Source of the DNA: the human T2T-CHM13v2.0 reference genome, Homo sapiens
Assembly: GCF_009914755.1 (NCBI RefSeq)
Contig: NC_060930.1
Strand: one strand, 5' to 3'
Length of the DNA: 64,000 bases
In this document: piece by piece, positions 1 through 17,856 of the stretch
Layout of the letters: every line of letters starts with the position of its first letter
Position numbering within the stretch: position 1 is the stretch's first letter
Translations under genes and position numbers: made by a program
The notes under the pieces: model-generated
The model's input: only the letters and a program-made list of their open reading frames with translations
Told to the model about the DNA's origin: nothing
Databases searched by the model: none

Positions 1-2934
<2,934 letters not shown>

Positions 2935-2982
2935 TTATTTTGCTCATTAGTTGATGCAGTTTCTTCCTAGTCTCAATGGTCT

Positions 2983-3999
2983 TTACATTTTGGCATGATT
3001 TTGCAGCAGCTGGTACTGGTTGTTCCTTTCCATGTTTAGTGCTTCCTTCAGGAGCTCTTTTAGGGCAGGCCTGGTGGTGACAAAATCTCTCAGCATTTGC
3101 TTGTCTGTAAAGGATTTTATTTCTCCTTCACTTATGAAGCTTAGTTTGGCTGGATATGAAATTCTGGGTTGAAAATTCTTTTTTTTAAGAATGTTGAATA
3201 TTGACCCCCACTCTCTTCTGGCTTGTAGAGTTTCTGCCGAGAGATCCGCTGTTAGTCTGATGGGCTTCCCTTTGAGGGTAACCCGACCTTTCTCTCTGGC
3301 TGTTCTTAACATTTTTTCCTTCATTTCAACTTTGGTGAATCTGACAATTACGTGTCTTGGAGTTGCTCTTCTCGAGGAGTATCTTTGTGGCGTTCTCTGT
3401 ATTTCCTGAATCTGAACGTTGGCCTGCCTTGCTAGATTAGGGAAGTTCTCCTGGATAATATCCTGCAGAGTGTTTTCCAACTTGGTTCCATTCTCCCCGT
3501 CACTTTCAGGTACACCAATCAGATGTAGATTTGGTCTTTTCACATAGTCCCATATTTCTTGGAGGCTTTGCTCGTTTCTTTTTATTCCTTTTTCTCTAAA
3601 CTTCCCTTCTCGCTTCATTTCATTCATTTCATCTTCCATCGCTGATACCCTTTCTTCTAGTTGATCGCATCAGCTCCTGAGGCTTCTACATTCTTCACGT
3701 AGTTCTCGAGCCTTGGTTTTCAGCTCCATCAGCTCCTTTAAGCACTTCTCTGTATTGGTTATTCTAGTTATTCATTCTTCTAAATTCTTTTCAAAGTTTT
3801 CAACTTCTTTGCCTTTGGTTTGAATGTCCTCCCATAGTTCGGAGTAATTTGATCGTCTGAAGCCTTCTTCTCTCAGCTCGTCAAAGTCATTCTCCGTCCA
3901 GCTTTGTTCCATTCCTGGTGAGGAACTGCATTCCTTTGGAGGAGGAGAGGAGCTCTGCTTTTTAGAGTTTCCAGTTTTTCTGCTCTGTTTTTTCCCCAT
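2983..3999 (-). pseudogene. L1 ORF1 with two in-frame stops
   Basis: ORF pieces 3999-3772 and 3639-2983 are in the same frame; TGA at 3774-3772 and at 3672-3670. Confidence 0.95.
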
Positions 4000-4454
4000 C
4001 TTTGTGGTTTTATCTACTTTTGGTCTTTGACGATGGTGATGTACAGATGGGTTTTTTGTGTGGATGTCCTTTCTGTTTGTTAGTTTTCCTTCTAACAGAC
4101 AGGACCCTCAGCTGCAGGTCTGTTAGAGTACCCGGCCGTGTGAAGTGTCAGTCTGCCCCTGCTGGGGGGTGCCTCCCAGTTAGGCTGCTCGGGGGTCAGG
4201 GGTCAGGGACCCACTTGAGGAGGCAGTCTGCCCGTTCTCAGATCTCCAGCTGCGTGCTGGGAGAACCACTGCTCTCTTCAAAGCTGTCAGACAGGGACAT
4301 TTCAGTCTGCAGAGGTTACTGCTGTCTTTTTGTTTGTCTGTGCCCTGCCCCCAGAGGTGGAGCCTACAGAGGCAGGCAGGCCTCCTTGAGCTGTGGTGGG
4401 CTCCACCCAGTTCGAGCTTCCCGGCTGTTTTGTTTACCTCAGCAAGCCTGGGCA

Positions 4455-4709
4455 ATGGCGGGCGCCCCTCCTCCAGCCTCGCTGCCACCTTGCAGTTTGA
4501 TCTCAGACTGCTGTGCTAGCAATCAGCGAGACTCTGTGGGCGTAGGACCCTCTGAGCCAAGTGCGGGATATAATCTCCTGGTGCGCCGTTTTTTAAGCCC
4601 GTCGGAAAAGCGCAGTATTCGGGTGAGAGTGACCCGATTTTCCAGGTGCCCTCTGTCACCCCTTTCTTTGACTAGGAAAGGGAACTCCCTGACCCCTTGT
4701 GCTTCCTGA
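4455..4709 (+). CDS. L1 ORF0 (antisense ORF in the 5'UTR), open, 84 aa
   Basis: GCAATGG start; MAGAPPPASLPPCSLISDCCASNQRDSVGVGPSEP... matches the primate L1 ORF0 N-terminus. Expression unknown. Confidence 0.7.
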   Translation: MAGAPPPASLPPCSLISDCCASNQRDSVGVGPSEPSAGYNLLVRRFLSPSEKRSIRVRVTRFSRCPLSPLSLTRKGNSLTPCAS

Positions 4710-4954
4710 GTGAGGCAATGCCTCGCCCTGCTTCGGCTCACGCACGGTGCGCGCACCCACTGACCTGTGCCCACTGTCTGGCACTCCCTAGTGAGATGAA
4801 CCTCAGATGGAAATGCAGAAATCACCTGTCTTCTGCGTTGCTCACGCTGGGAGCTGTAGACCGGAGCTGTTCCTATTTGGCCATCTTGGCTCCTCCCCCC
4901 ATCTTCTCAGTTTTCTCAAGGCCTTCTTGTTCTCCAAGCCCTTAGCAGTTTCCA

Positions 4955-5261
4955 TTTTTTTTTTGTTTGTTTGTTTGTTTGTGACAGAGTCTCGCTCTGT
5001 CACCAGGCTGGAGTGCAGTGGCATGAGCTCAGTTCACTACAACCTCTGCCTCCTGGGTTCAAGCGATTCTCCTAGCTTAGCCTCCCAAGTAGCTGGGACT
5101 ACAGGCACATGCCACCACACCCAGCTAATTTTTGTATTTTTAGTAGAGATGGGGTTTTGTCATGTTTGCCAGGCTGGTCTTGAACTCCTTACCTCAGGTG
5201 ATCTGCCTGCTTCAGCCTACCAAAGTGCTAGGATTACAGGTGTGAGCCACCGCACCTGGCC
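4955..5261 (-). mobile_element. Alu (AluS-like)
   Basis: Dimeric Alu; TSD AGCAGTTTCC at 4944-4953 and 5262-5271. Confidence 0.95.
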
Positions 5262-5284
5262 AGCAGTTTCCTTTTAAGAGCTGT

Positions 5285-5800
5285 GCATTCATTCATCCAT
5301 TCATTTAATCATTCAACAACTATTTACTAAGCACCTACTATGTACCATGCGTTGTTCTAGGAGTTAGGAAGAGTGGAGAGCAAGCCAGCCATAGTCCCTT
5401 GTCCTCTGGTAATTTAGATTCCATTGAAAAAGGCCAACAATAAGCAAGTAAACAAATAAATTAACAAGATAATTATAGATTGTGATCAGTGCTTTGAAGA
5501 ATACAAAGTGGGTAATATAAGAGGAATTAACTGGAGGAGGTGTGCACTACTTTTAATAGGATGTTAGAAAAAGCTCCTCTGAGAAGGTGAAGAGAGGGAG
5601 CCAGCAATGAGAAGAGTTGGGAGAGAGCAACAACAGCAGATGCAAAGACCCTGAAGTGGGAAAGATCTTGAACGTATGAAGTGGGATGACAATGGTTTGA
5701 TGTGAGATTGGAGAGGTACTAAGAGCCAAGCTGTGTAGGACCTTAGGGACCAGGATAAGGAGTTGATCGTTGTTCTAAGAGCAGTGGAATGCCACTGAGT
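5285..5800 (-). mobile_element. L2 3' fragment
   Basis: CATTCATTCA..CAAC.TATTTACT.AGCACCTACTATGT L2-end signature. Confidence 0.7.
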
Positions 5801-5832
5801 AGCTGTAAGTGTGATATTTACGTGGTCTAATG

Positions 5833-5980
5833 GATTGATTGATTGATTGATTGATTGTAGAGATGGGATCTGGCTGTGTTGCCCAGGCTGATCTCAAGCT
5901 CCTGGCTTCAATCAATCCTCCCACTTTGGCCTCATCTCCCAAAGAGCTGAGATTATAGGCATAAGCTACCACACTCAGCA
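5833..5980 (-). mobile_element. FLAM/AluJ monomer with (GATT)n tail
   Basis: Left-arm Alu sequence only; GATT repeats at 5833-5856. Confidence 0.8.
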
Positions 5981-6437
5981 TGATTTATGTATTTTGAAGC
6001 TCATTTTGTCCTAGTAGTCTTTTCTCTCAGTTTTCTTTTTCTAATTCCTATTCCCCTTCACATTATTTACATTCAAGACGATCATCTCATTTCCATGTCC
6101 ACTTCCCCATCGGGGAGAATAGGTCTTCCAAACAAGTTATTTATTAACCTGTACAAGGATCGCTAGTAAGTGCACCAAATATAGCTAATTTGATTCTGGC
6201 TCCCACCTCTATTAAAGACTTCAAAGAATCATAGATTTGTAGAATGCTAGAGTTGTAGGGAACATTAACAATGTGTAGTCTAGCCCTTACAATATGGATA
6301 AGAAAATTGATTCCCAGAGAGATGATCTTGCTGGTGTGTAAGTAGGGAAAACTTTCGGATCCTCATCTGTCAAGAATGCAGGAGCAGGTTCCTTCCTGTC
6401 TTTTAGGCGCCTGTTTCAATTAAGAAAAAAAAATATT

Positions 6438-6713
6438 GGCTGGGCACGGTGGCTCATGCCTGTAATCCCAACACTTTGGGAGGCTGAGTTGGGCAGATCA
6501 CAAGGTCAAGAGATCGAGACCATCCTGGCCAACATGGTGAAACCCCGTCTCTACTAAAAATACAAAAGTTAGCTGGGCATGGTGGCACATGATGTAGTCA
6601 CAGCTACTTAGGAGGCTGAGGCAGGAGAATTGCTTGAACTCAGGAGGCAGAGGTTGCAGTGAGCAAGATCACTCCACTGCACTCCAGCCTGGCGACAGAG
6701 CGAGACTCCGTCT

Positions 6714-6753
<40 letters not shown>
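6438..6753 (+). mobile_element. Alu with ~39-nt pure poly(A)
   Basis: GGCTGGGCACGGTGGCTCA start and dimeric body. Confidence 0.95.
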
Positions 6754-6756
<3 letters not shown>

Positions 6757-7070
6757 AGGATGTCCTAACTGGTTTATTGGCTTCAAGGTCAATCACCATA
6801 GGTCAGTAGTGCTGCAGCTACTGCTAGCATAGCAGCCACGGGCCCAGCTGCCCTACCCCCATGCACATTTCATGTTTATTGGGGCTCATCCATGCTCTTC
6901 TATAGGAAAATAGCCTCTACCTCACTTCTGCATTTCAAATCTCATAGAAATACATTTAGTTGGAAGGACTTATTTCATGTCCAGAATCCTAGCTCCAAAA
7001 ATTCTGAGAAATAGAGTTTTTTACTTTTCAATCTCTTCAATAGAAAGGAAATGAGGTCATTCCATATATG

Positions 7071-7255
7071 TAGGTTTGGCAGATAAAATGCAGAACATCC
7101 AGTTAAATTTGAATTTCAGATAAACAATGATTTTTTAGTATAAGTATCTCCCAAATACTGCATGGGGCATACTTACACAAAATACTTGTTTATTATTTAT
7201 CTAAAATTCAGATTTAAATGGACATCCTGTACTTTTATTTGATAAATCTGACATT
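7071..7255. mobile_element. MER53-like palindromic MITE
   Basis: CATCCAGTTAAATTTGAATTTCAGATAAACAA with inverted counterpart TTATTTATCTAAAATTCAGATTTAAATGGACATCC. Confidence 0.8.
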
Positions 7256-10200
7256 TTGACAAATCTCCAGCACAGAGACTGAGAGCAGAAGTCCTTAATT
7301 TAGATGGGGGACATTGAGGAAGGCCCATCTTCCAAGGTGATATTTAAGGGGAGACCTGAGAGATGAATAAGAGATCATCATGCTCAAAGAGGAGAGAAGG
7401 GCATTGCAGGCACAGGTAACAGCTTTGCAACAGCCTAGAGGCAAGAACAATTTGGGCTAATTTAAGCAAAGTTGACACATGATGAGTTAGGAGTAAAGAT
7501 GGCACAAGATAATAATGAAGACGTAGGCAGAGACTAGAGCAAGTGAAATCTTAAGTTTTAGTAGTGGAATAAACAAGAGTGGAATGGGGGAGACCCAGGG
7601 TCACTACCTGCTAATGGCATTCCCAGAGTTGTATACGGCAGTCATCCCAAAGAGAGAAAACTATGCCAGTAATTTAGGTGAGAAAGGATGATGGCTTGAG
7701 ATAGTGGGATCCAGTGGAGCTGAAAATGAGCAGGCCAATTTGAAGTGTATTTTGTAGATAGAATTGACAAAAACATTGAAGTGGCCTTTGGGTGATGAGG
7801 GAGGGGAAAATCAATCATGAATTTCTAATTTCTGGAATGGATGACTGTGTAATTGCAAGGCTGTTACAGAAATGGGCTACATACTTAATGAGCTTTGGAT
7901 GTTGAGATGGGATCACAAGAGAGGGGGTAAAGACAAAGTGATGAGATATTTTGTTTCAGTTGGACCACAGTCCACAATAACTGCTTCTCCTCTCTGCAGA
8001 ATATTCACTAACATGCACGAGACCTGTTTGCTCTGTCCTTCTCTCCTTCCTCCCTGCCCTCCCCTTCATCATTTTCTCCTTTTTATTCTCTGTCCTTTCT
8101 TTCTGTTCTGTAGTCATCCTATTTCCTTGACAGAATCGAAGCCTCAGCCAGTGAGATAGATGGAGTGTAGGCAGCTAGAAATGGAAAGGATTCCTGTGCT
8201 TCTGTGATTCACAGTCTCCCAGTGGGCCTTTAAACCATTTAACCTCTGTTGTCCAGACCCCAGGAAGAGGGGAGGCTGGAAGAGGGAAAAGAACTTGGAC
8301 TGGAGCAGCAGGGGAGGCCCTGGAGGAAGGAGCAGGTATCATCCTCCAGCAAATGGGCAATCCATTAGTCCAAACTCCTCATTTTAAAATTGAAAAAACT
8401 GAAGCCTTTGCCCATTTTGACTAAACCAGATAAGAAATTATACAGTATGAAGGAACATTGACACCACTTAGAAACAGTAGGGTGTCAAGATTTGACTTGA
8501 CTCTTGTTAGTTTTGTGACTATAAAGTGAAAACAATTATATCAAAAAATTTGTTTTAGGGATGATAAAAGTAATTTATACTTATTCGTTCAAAAGTACTT
8601 ATTAAGGACCTACTATGTGCAGATACAGTGTTGAAAGCTAGGGACTCAGTGGAGATCAACACAGACAGGAACCTGGCCTCATGGGAATTCTAAACTCTAG
8701 CGGGGAGAACAGCTCATTAACAAATAAATAAGTGTAATGTATGGTAGGTACCACGAAGCAACATAAAGCTGGGAAGAAAGACACAAATGCTAGCATAGTT
8801 TTCTCTCTTTGGGATGACTGCCTTATACAACTCTGGGGAATGCCATTAGCAAGTAGTGGCCTCGGATCTTCCCCCATTGCACTCTTGCCTATTCCACTAC
8901 TAAAACCTAAGTTTTTGCTTGCTCTAATCTCTAAGTCTTCATTATTATCTTGTGCCATCTTTACTCCCAACTCATCATGCGTCAACTTTGCTTAAATTAG
9001 CCCAAATTGTTCTTGCCTCTAGGTTGATGCAAAGCTGTTACCTGTGCCTGGGATGCCCTTCTCTCCTCTCTGAGCATGATGATCTCTTATTCATCTCTCA
9101 GGTCTGCCCTTAAATATCACCTAGAGAGATGGGCCTTCTCAATGCTGGATGGAGTGCTGGATGGAGTAGATAGAGTTACAATCTCAATAGATTCTATTTG
9201 AGCAAAGATTTGAAGGTGGTAAGAGAAGTCGTCAAGTGCTTATCTGAAGGAAGGATCATCCAGATGAAAGGAAAGGCAGAGGCAAAGGCTGTGATGCTGA
9301 AGCTGCTGATGTGTTTGAGATTTAACATGAGGCCATGTGGCTGGAGCAGAGGGAGCAGCGGGTGTGGAGTAGGAAGTCAGAGATGGGACTGGCCGACTGT
9401 GCAGGGCTTTGTCATTGTCAGGACTTCATTCAGTACTGGGTGAGGTGAGCCTACCAGGGGTTGGAGTTGGTGGGAAGGGGCTGACTTCTGGACGTGAGTT
9501 ACTGCATTGGTTGTGGAGTGTGAGAGCAAAGGAGGAGGCAGGAAGCTCTAACGAATTTGGCCCCACCATGGGGAGGATGGAGCTGCCAGTGACTGCAGTG
9601 GGAAGAACTGTGAGGAGCTGGCCTGGGCAGGAATATCAGGGGTGGCATGTTGGACATGTGAAGCCAGGAGGCCTGTGGGCCATCCAACAGTGCTGTGAAC
9701 TGTGCAGCCCGATGTAAGCATATCTGACATTAGGAGTGGTGGAGAAACAAAAAGAACAAGGATAGTTCATTTTAACACAGTAATAATTTTATAATTTTAT
9801 AATTTTCAAATCATTAAAGATTTTACTACTTTCTTAACTACTCCAGGAGCCTGTGTCACATTCCAGTCACAGGGAGGAAACTGGGGGCCATGCAGGATAA
9901 AGGTCAAAGCCTGCATGCTGGGACTCAAGTGCTTCCTCCCCAACAGTATTAGAACACCAACTCCCAGGAGCACAGAGACTTGAAGAGAGTGTCCGGGTCG
10001 TGGACTATGAGTCAGAGAAACCAAGCCAGGGGCATGCAAGGCAGCACGAGGCAGAGCAGGGAAACCCAGCAAGGGAGGTGGCAACGCAGAGTGACCTAGA
10101 AAAGCCTGATGAACTGAGAGCCAGCCGACAACAGGCCCCATGTGCCTCTGTGTCTTGGTCCACATGATAGACTCTCCCTCCCTCCCTTCCTTCCTCTCCT

Positions 10201-10784
10201 CTGGTGACCAGTAGCTAAAACATCACTGGCACGCTGCTGGCATCCAGCCTGCCAATTAGTTCAGGAGCCACTCCCTCTGACTGCCTCCTGAGCCTCAGAT
10301 GTTACCTCCCCTGTCTCCCAAACACACCCCTCCAGCTCTGTCCTGCCTGCCCTGAATCTCTGGAAGGAAAACTTGCCCTGGGACCTGCCTTGGACTCTCT
10401 GGTTCCCCTCATCCAGCCCCTCCCTGCGCAGAACATGGCATGGCATCTCGTGCCCTTTTATCTGCCATTTCTGGCCACCTTTGCAAGCGTCCTTGAAACC
10501 AGCGCTTGGTAGAGTTATCCACACCCATGTGAGGCTCCCCTGCCCCCTGGGTGGTGTATGTGGCAGGAGGAGCAGGGAGGAGCTTCAAGGAAGCAGAGGG
10601 AAAGGAACCTATAAGAGTTCTTGGGATGGCTTCCAGGAAGCTGTGAGGACAGAGCTATGCTGAAAGGAGAAAGGCAAAGGCTACAGAAAAGTGAACACTG
10701 AAGAGGAATTAGGCAAGAACAAAGCCTACCAAGTTAGAAGAAGGGAATGAGAGGGCGAAACAACAGCACCAGAAAGGAATGAGG

Positions 10785-11114
10785 TTGCCGGGCACGGTGG
10801 CTCATACCTGTAATCCCAGCACTTTGGGAGGCCGAGGCAGGCGAACCACCTGAGGTCGGGAGTTCAAGACCAGCCTGACCAACATGGAGAAACCCTGTCT
10901 CTACTAAAAATACAAAATTAGCTGGGTATGGTGGTGCATGTCTGTAATCCCAGCTACTCAGTGAGGCTGAGGCAGGAGAATCGCTTGAACCCGGGAGGCG
11001 GAGGTTGTGGTGAGCCGATGCGCCATTGCACTCCAGCCTGGGCAACAAGAGCAAAACTGCATCTCAAAAAAAAAAAAAAAGAAGAAAGAAAGAAAGAAAG
11101 AAAGAAAAAGAAAA
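10785..11114 (+). mobile_element. Alu (AluSp/Sq-like) with GAAA-rich tail
   Basis: TSD AGAAAGGAATGAGG at 10771-10784 and 11115-11128. Confidence 0.95.
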
Positions 11115-11895
11115 AGAAAGGAATGAGGATCAGGAGTCCGGGGGAGAGACATGATCTTACAGAACGGGCTGGACCTGGGGAGAGGATTTTGTCAGAACTA
11201 TGGAAAGTTTGAAATGAGGTTGAAGAAGGAGTGATGGTAATACTTTTTACATTTTTAGAACATCTTCTTATATTTTATTTCATCATTCATTCATCATAGA
11301 TCTCATTACCCCCATTTTACGGATCAAGAAACTGAGGCTCAGAGAGGTGATGTGAGTTGTCCAAGATCACACAGCTAATAAGAAGGTACATTCTCCTCTA
11401 TACCACAGAGCACCTCTTCTGTGTGTGGCATATTACATAGAAAAATGAGATTAGACATTTAAAAGTTGAGGATTCTCATCCAGCAAACACTTATGGGGCA
11501 CTTTTTATGTGCCAGGCAATATGCTAAGCACTGAAGATACTAAGACAACCTGCTTTCAAAAGATTGACCTTCTGGTTAAGGAGTGATATCAGTGGTGCAA
11601 ACCAGGTAGGGGGCGGGGCTGCCCATAGGCTGAGGGCTCCTCTGGGAGAGGGCAGCTTAGGGAAGCTTTTACAGCGGATGTCTGGGAAGAAGGGAACCAC
11701 TTCCCCAGTGGATGGTGGAAGGGGATAGCAGAGGGCATTTCAGGGAAAAGCAAGCAAGCAGAGTGTGTGGGAGAGCTCCAAGGAGTTGAGATCCACAAAA
11801 GAGGGATGTGTAGGGAGCTGGATGGAAAAGCTAAAGAAATAATGGGGAGAATAGTGATATTAATTAAATTCGTGATCTGTTTAAAACCATTGCAT

Positions 11896-12024
11896 AGGGC
11901 AAGGCACAGTGGCTCATGCCTATAATCCCAGCACTTTGGGAGGGTGAGGCAGGAGGATCACTTAGCCCAGGAGTGAGAGACCAGCCTGGGCAACATAGCA
12001 AGATTTGTCTCAATGAAAAAAAAT
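11896..12024 (+). mobile_element. FLAM/AluJ monomer
   Basis: Left-arm Alu sequence followed by an A tail. Confidence 0.8.
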
Positions 12025-13097
12025 ACTAAATGTTTTTAAAAGGCACAATGCATAGCTGTAATAAGAGTTGAGGAGGAATCTTACAACTACAGTGTTAAAG
12101 GAGACAAAGGGTGTTTCTTCATTATGTTGCGGTGATGGAAACTTAAATGAGATAAGGATATATTTGAGTCTTCCTATATGCCAGATGGCATGCAAAATGT
12201 TTTTATATACATTATGTAATTGAATTCATGTAACAGTGAAAAATAGTGAAGATGACCTATTTGGGTTGACATGAGAAGATCTATAAGATCGTGGTTAAAA
12301 GAAAAAGTCAGTGCAGAACATTATGTACTATAAATTATGACCCATAGTAAAGAAACACATACAGGGGAAGGGTTTTGGTCAGAGGGAGTACAGAGCCAGG
12401 GCAGCCAAGAGAAGGAGGTATGTCTGAGCCTGGTGCAGGCTGCGTGCCTAGGGCTGGCACTGAGAGGGACATGGAGCTTGTCATACTGAGGGCATAACTC
12501 AATCCTGTTACACTAGGCAAGTCTCAGAGAATTTTCAAGTGGAAGTGAAACACACTCTGGTGACACAGGTTGTAGAGATTGTTCTGTCTGCAGGTGGATA
12601 GATTGGAGGCAGGAGGAGAGCAGTCAGGTAGGAGAGATCCCGAGGGGTGGACAAGCCTGGCCCCTGGAAACAGAGTCGGGGGAGAGGAAGCAAGGGTGAG
12701 AAACTGGGCTGAGGAAATGAGTGGGTGACAGATCTTCACATGGCTGGTAGGGGGAAAAAAAAGGAACACAGAACACAATTAGATTATTTTCAGGATTTTC
12801 ATCGCAGTTATATATGCAAATAAAAAGTTAAACAAGTTGATGAGTTAATTTTTTTAAATGGCAGCCCTCACCCCCATCTCCACTACTTTCAACTCTTTTA
12901 GCTGTTTTGGTGTTCACCTTCACATCTGTAAATACAAGGATTATATTATTACTATTTGCTCTTCTAATTTTAGGCATTATCTATTATTGATTTGCTGTTA
13001 TCAAAGATATAGCTTTTTCTTGTAACCACAACCTCACTTGATCCCACAAACACATATCCTCACTATTCCCACTGTCCCTGGTTTATAGCTATTTCAA

Positions 13098-13098
<1 letters not shown>

Positions 13099-13138
<40 letters not shown>
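13099..13138. repeat. (CA)n microsatellite
   Basis: About 20 CA units. Confidence 0.98.
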
Positions 13139-13139
<1 letters not shown>

Positions 13140-13236
13140 TTCTATGTGTATAAAACACAAATATGTAAATACAAACATGTCCTGAAGGATCAAATCAAAC
13201 TAGGATTCAGGAAGATCATAGCTAAAGAAGACTTTC

Positions 13237-13552
13237 GGCTTGCACGGTGGCTCACACCTGTAATCCTAGCATTTTGGGAGGCCAAGGTGGGCGGATCACC
13301 CAAGGTCAGGAGTTCGAGACCAGCCAGACCAACATGGCAAAACCCCATCTCTACTAAAAGTACAAAAAATTAGCTGGGTGTGGTGGTGGGCACCTGTAAT
13401 CCCAGCTACCTAAGAGACTGAGGCAAGAGAAGCCCTTGAACCCGGGAGGCTGAGGTTGCAGTGAGCTGAGATGTGCCACTGCACTCCAGCCTGGGTGACA
13501 GAGCAAGGCTTCATAAAAACTTCATAAAAAAAAAAAGAAGAAGAAGAAGAAG
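13237..13552 (+). mobile_element. Alu with (GAA)n tail
   Basis: Dimeric Alu body. Confidence 0.93.
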
Positions 13553-14379
13553 ATTTGAACCAAAAGGTAGAGAAGCACAAGACAAGAGGCTGTGAAAAAG
13601 CAAGTCATGCATTGGTGAGTATGTGTGTGGAGGGCAGGGATGAGGAAAATTTCAGAACAGAATCAATTCAGCCTTGTGCAGAAAGGAATAATGAAGGCAG
13701 GAGGCAGCAACTTCAGGGCTGTCTGATTTGAAGGAAATATTAAAGCCTTTATCAGGAAAGGGGAATCACTAACAGTCAGACAGAAGCACCAGACTGAAGG
13801 AAAAAAGATCACAGCCCCATATCCTTAGAGAGTATCAGAGACCTCAGATGCCAGGCATCTGCCATGCTGTTGATTTACTCTGCAGTGAGTCACTGGATCC
13901 TTGAAACTGGGGGCAAGGGTGAGATCATTACCCCAGAAGGCAGGGAGCAGAGACAACAAGGCCCTTGGGGTCCAGGCAGCTGAACCCGTCTGGTCAGAGG
14001 ACACTGTCACAAAACCAACAAAGAATTCATATCTAATAGGTTTTCCTCAGGGCTCAGATGAGTAGGTTTGGGAGTTACTGGGAGGCTGTGATACCAGGCA
14101 GGATGACAAACAAAAACAGTCAGCCAAGAAAACAAGCTTCAGAGTGTTTGCCCTGGGAGAACAAGGGATGTCCGGGTAGAGCCAAAGCCAATGGCTCCTC
14201 CCTCCCCACAACTCAGAGCCACCAGGGACCTGGGCCATGTGTCCCTTTCCATGACCATGGGGTGTGTGACTGCGGGAGGCTGAAAGTGTCAGCACTGTGA
14301 CCTGGAAATATATGCCTGGATTGGGGAGGTGGACACCTTGGAAATAAACTCCAGACTTCCTCTATTTGAAAAATTTTGT

Positions 14380-15348
<969 letters not shown>

Positions 15349-16964
15349 GGGTAACACTCAGTGTTCTTTGCTTCCTTCTTAACTCTCTGGGATCTACATT
15401 GAAGACCTGGCCCCATGTTGTGTGGGAGAAGCTGGTACAAAGGCAGGAGGTGCTCTTAGAAAGGACAAAACCAGTAATGCATTCACTCAACAAATATTTA
15501 TGGAGCACCCACACATGCCACAGACTGTTCTAGGTACCAAGGACAATAGACAAATAAAGCAGGATCCCTGAATTTTTAGGAAGCTCTCAGTTGGGGTAGA
15601 GGTGAGAAACACACATAAACAGATCGTCTTGATTGTGGAGATTAGTGCAGTGATCAAGGTATGCCCTGGGGACTGCTATGTGCTTATAGATGTGGTGCCT
15701 AAACCAGTGTCGGAGAGGAGTGGGGGATCAAGAAAGGCTTTCAGGGAAGGAGGCGTTTGAGGCCCTGGAAGGCTGAGGACAAGCTAAGAAGAAGGAACAA
15801 TGAAAGCGGGTCAGGGAGATGTAAACAGTGTGGTGAGTGGGGAATTTTAGGCAATTTGGCCTTTCTGGAGTGAAAAATGGGAAGCAGGTGGGGGCAGGGG
15901 TTAGGCTGAAGGCAGGCCAACGTGGAGTTCAGGCTTTATCCTTTAGAGAAGGGAGGCATTATTGAAAGTCCAACAAGTTCTAACATGACCAGATTATATT
16001 TTTAGAAATCATTTGAATATCTGCAACTTACTTTAAAATGCATAAAATTATAAGATGGATAGAAGGATGAAGGAATGGGTCGACGGAAACATATTTGATA
16101 AAGCAAGTACAGTAAAATGCTAATGAGAAAATGTAGGTGGTAATATTTGGATGGTCACTGTAAAATTCATTCAACTCTTCTGTCAGAAGATTTTCAAAAT
16201 AAAATTTTAGAAAAGCATAGACTTTGGCCTGGGTAATGGAAGATGGATTGGGCAGAATAAGTCTGGAGGCAGGGAAATGAGAAAGGCAGCTGTCATAATC
16301 CAGGTGAGGGCTGATCTAGACAGTGCTAGGAGGAAGATGGGTGGAGTCCTGTGGTAGGCGCTAACATCAAGGAGGTTGGGGCCTCAAGGACTGTAAGAAT
16401 GAGGAAGAAGAAAGAGTTGAAGATAACACCTAGGTTGGGTGACTGTGTGGGGGTTGGTAGCAACAATGAGTATAAAACAGGCAGCAGGATCAGGTCTGGG
16501 AAGGGGGACAAGATGACTTCATGACCCCAGAGTTTCTATGGGAATATGCTTTGGGAGCTTGCAGACCCCTGGCTCCTCAAGGGGGCCACTCTGGTGGGGG
16601 AAGGGACTCAGTACCGTGGATCTCCATCTCTTGACACTTGCCCCAGTTTTCACTGGATTTCCCCAGGAGTGGAGTGGCTCTTACTCTCCCTCCCTAGGGA
16701 GCAGCTCTTCCACCCTCCTAATGACTTCTCCACTCCTGCCATGCTTTTTCCTCTTTTAGCTTTTGAAAACCATCTTTCTCCTTTCTCTGGTTTTCCAAGC
16801 CAGATACTCAAATTTGACCCTCCCTGGAGAGTACACCCTCTATGCTCACTATCTCTTTTCCCTTCTGCTCATCTTAGCATCCCCCAAGTGTTGCCCTTGG
16901 CTCTTTTCCAATACCATTGTTTCTTTTTTATGTTCTCGCTTTCCTGTGGGTGACAGATTATGGA

Positions 16965-17856
<892 letters not shown>

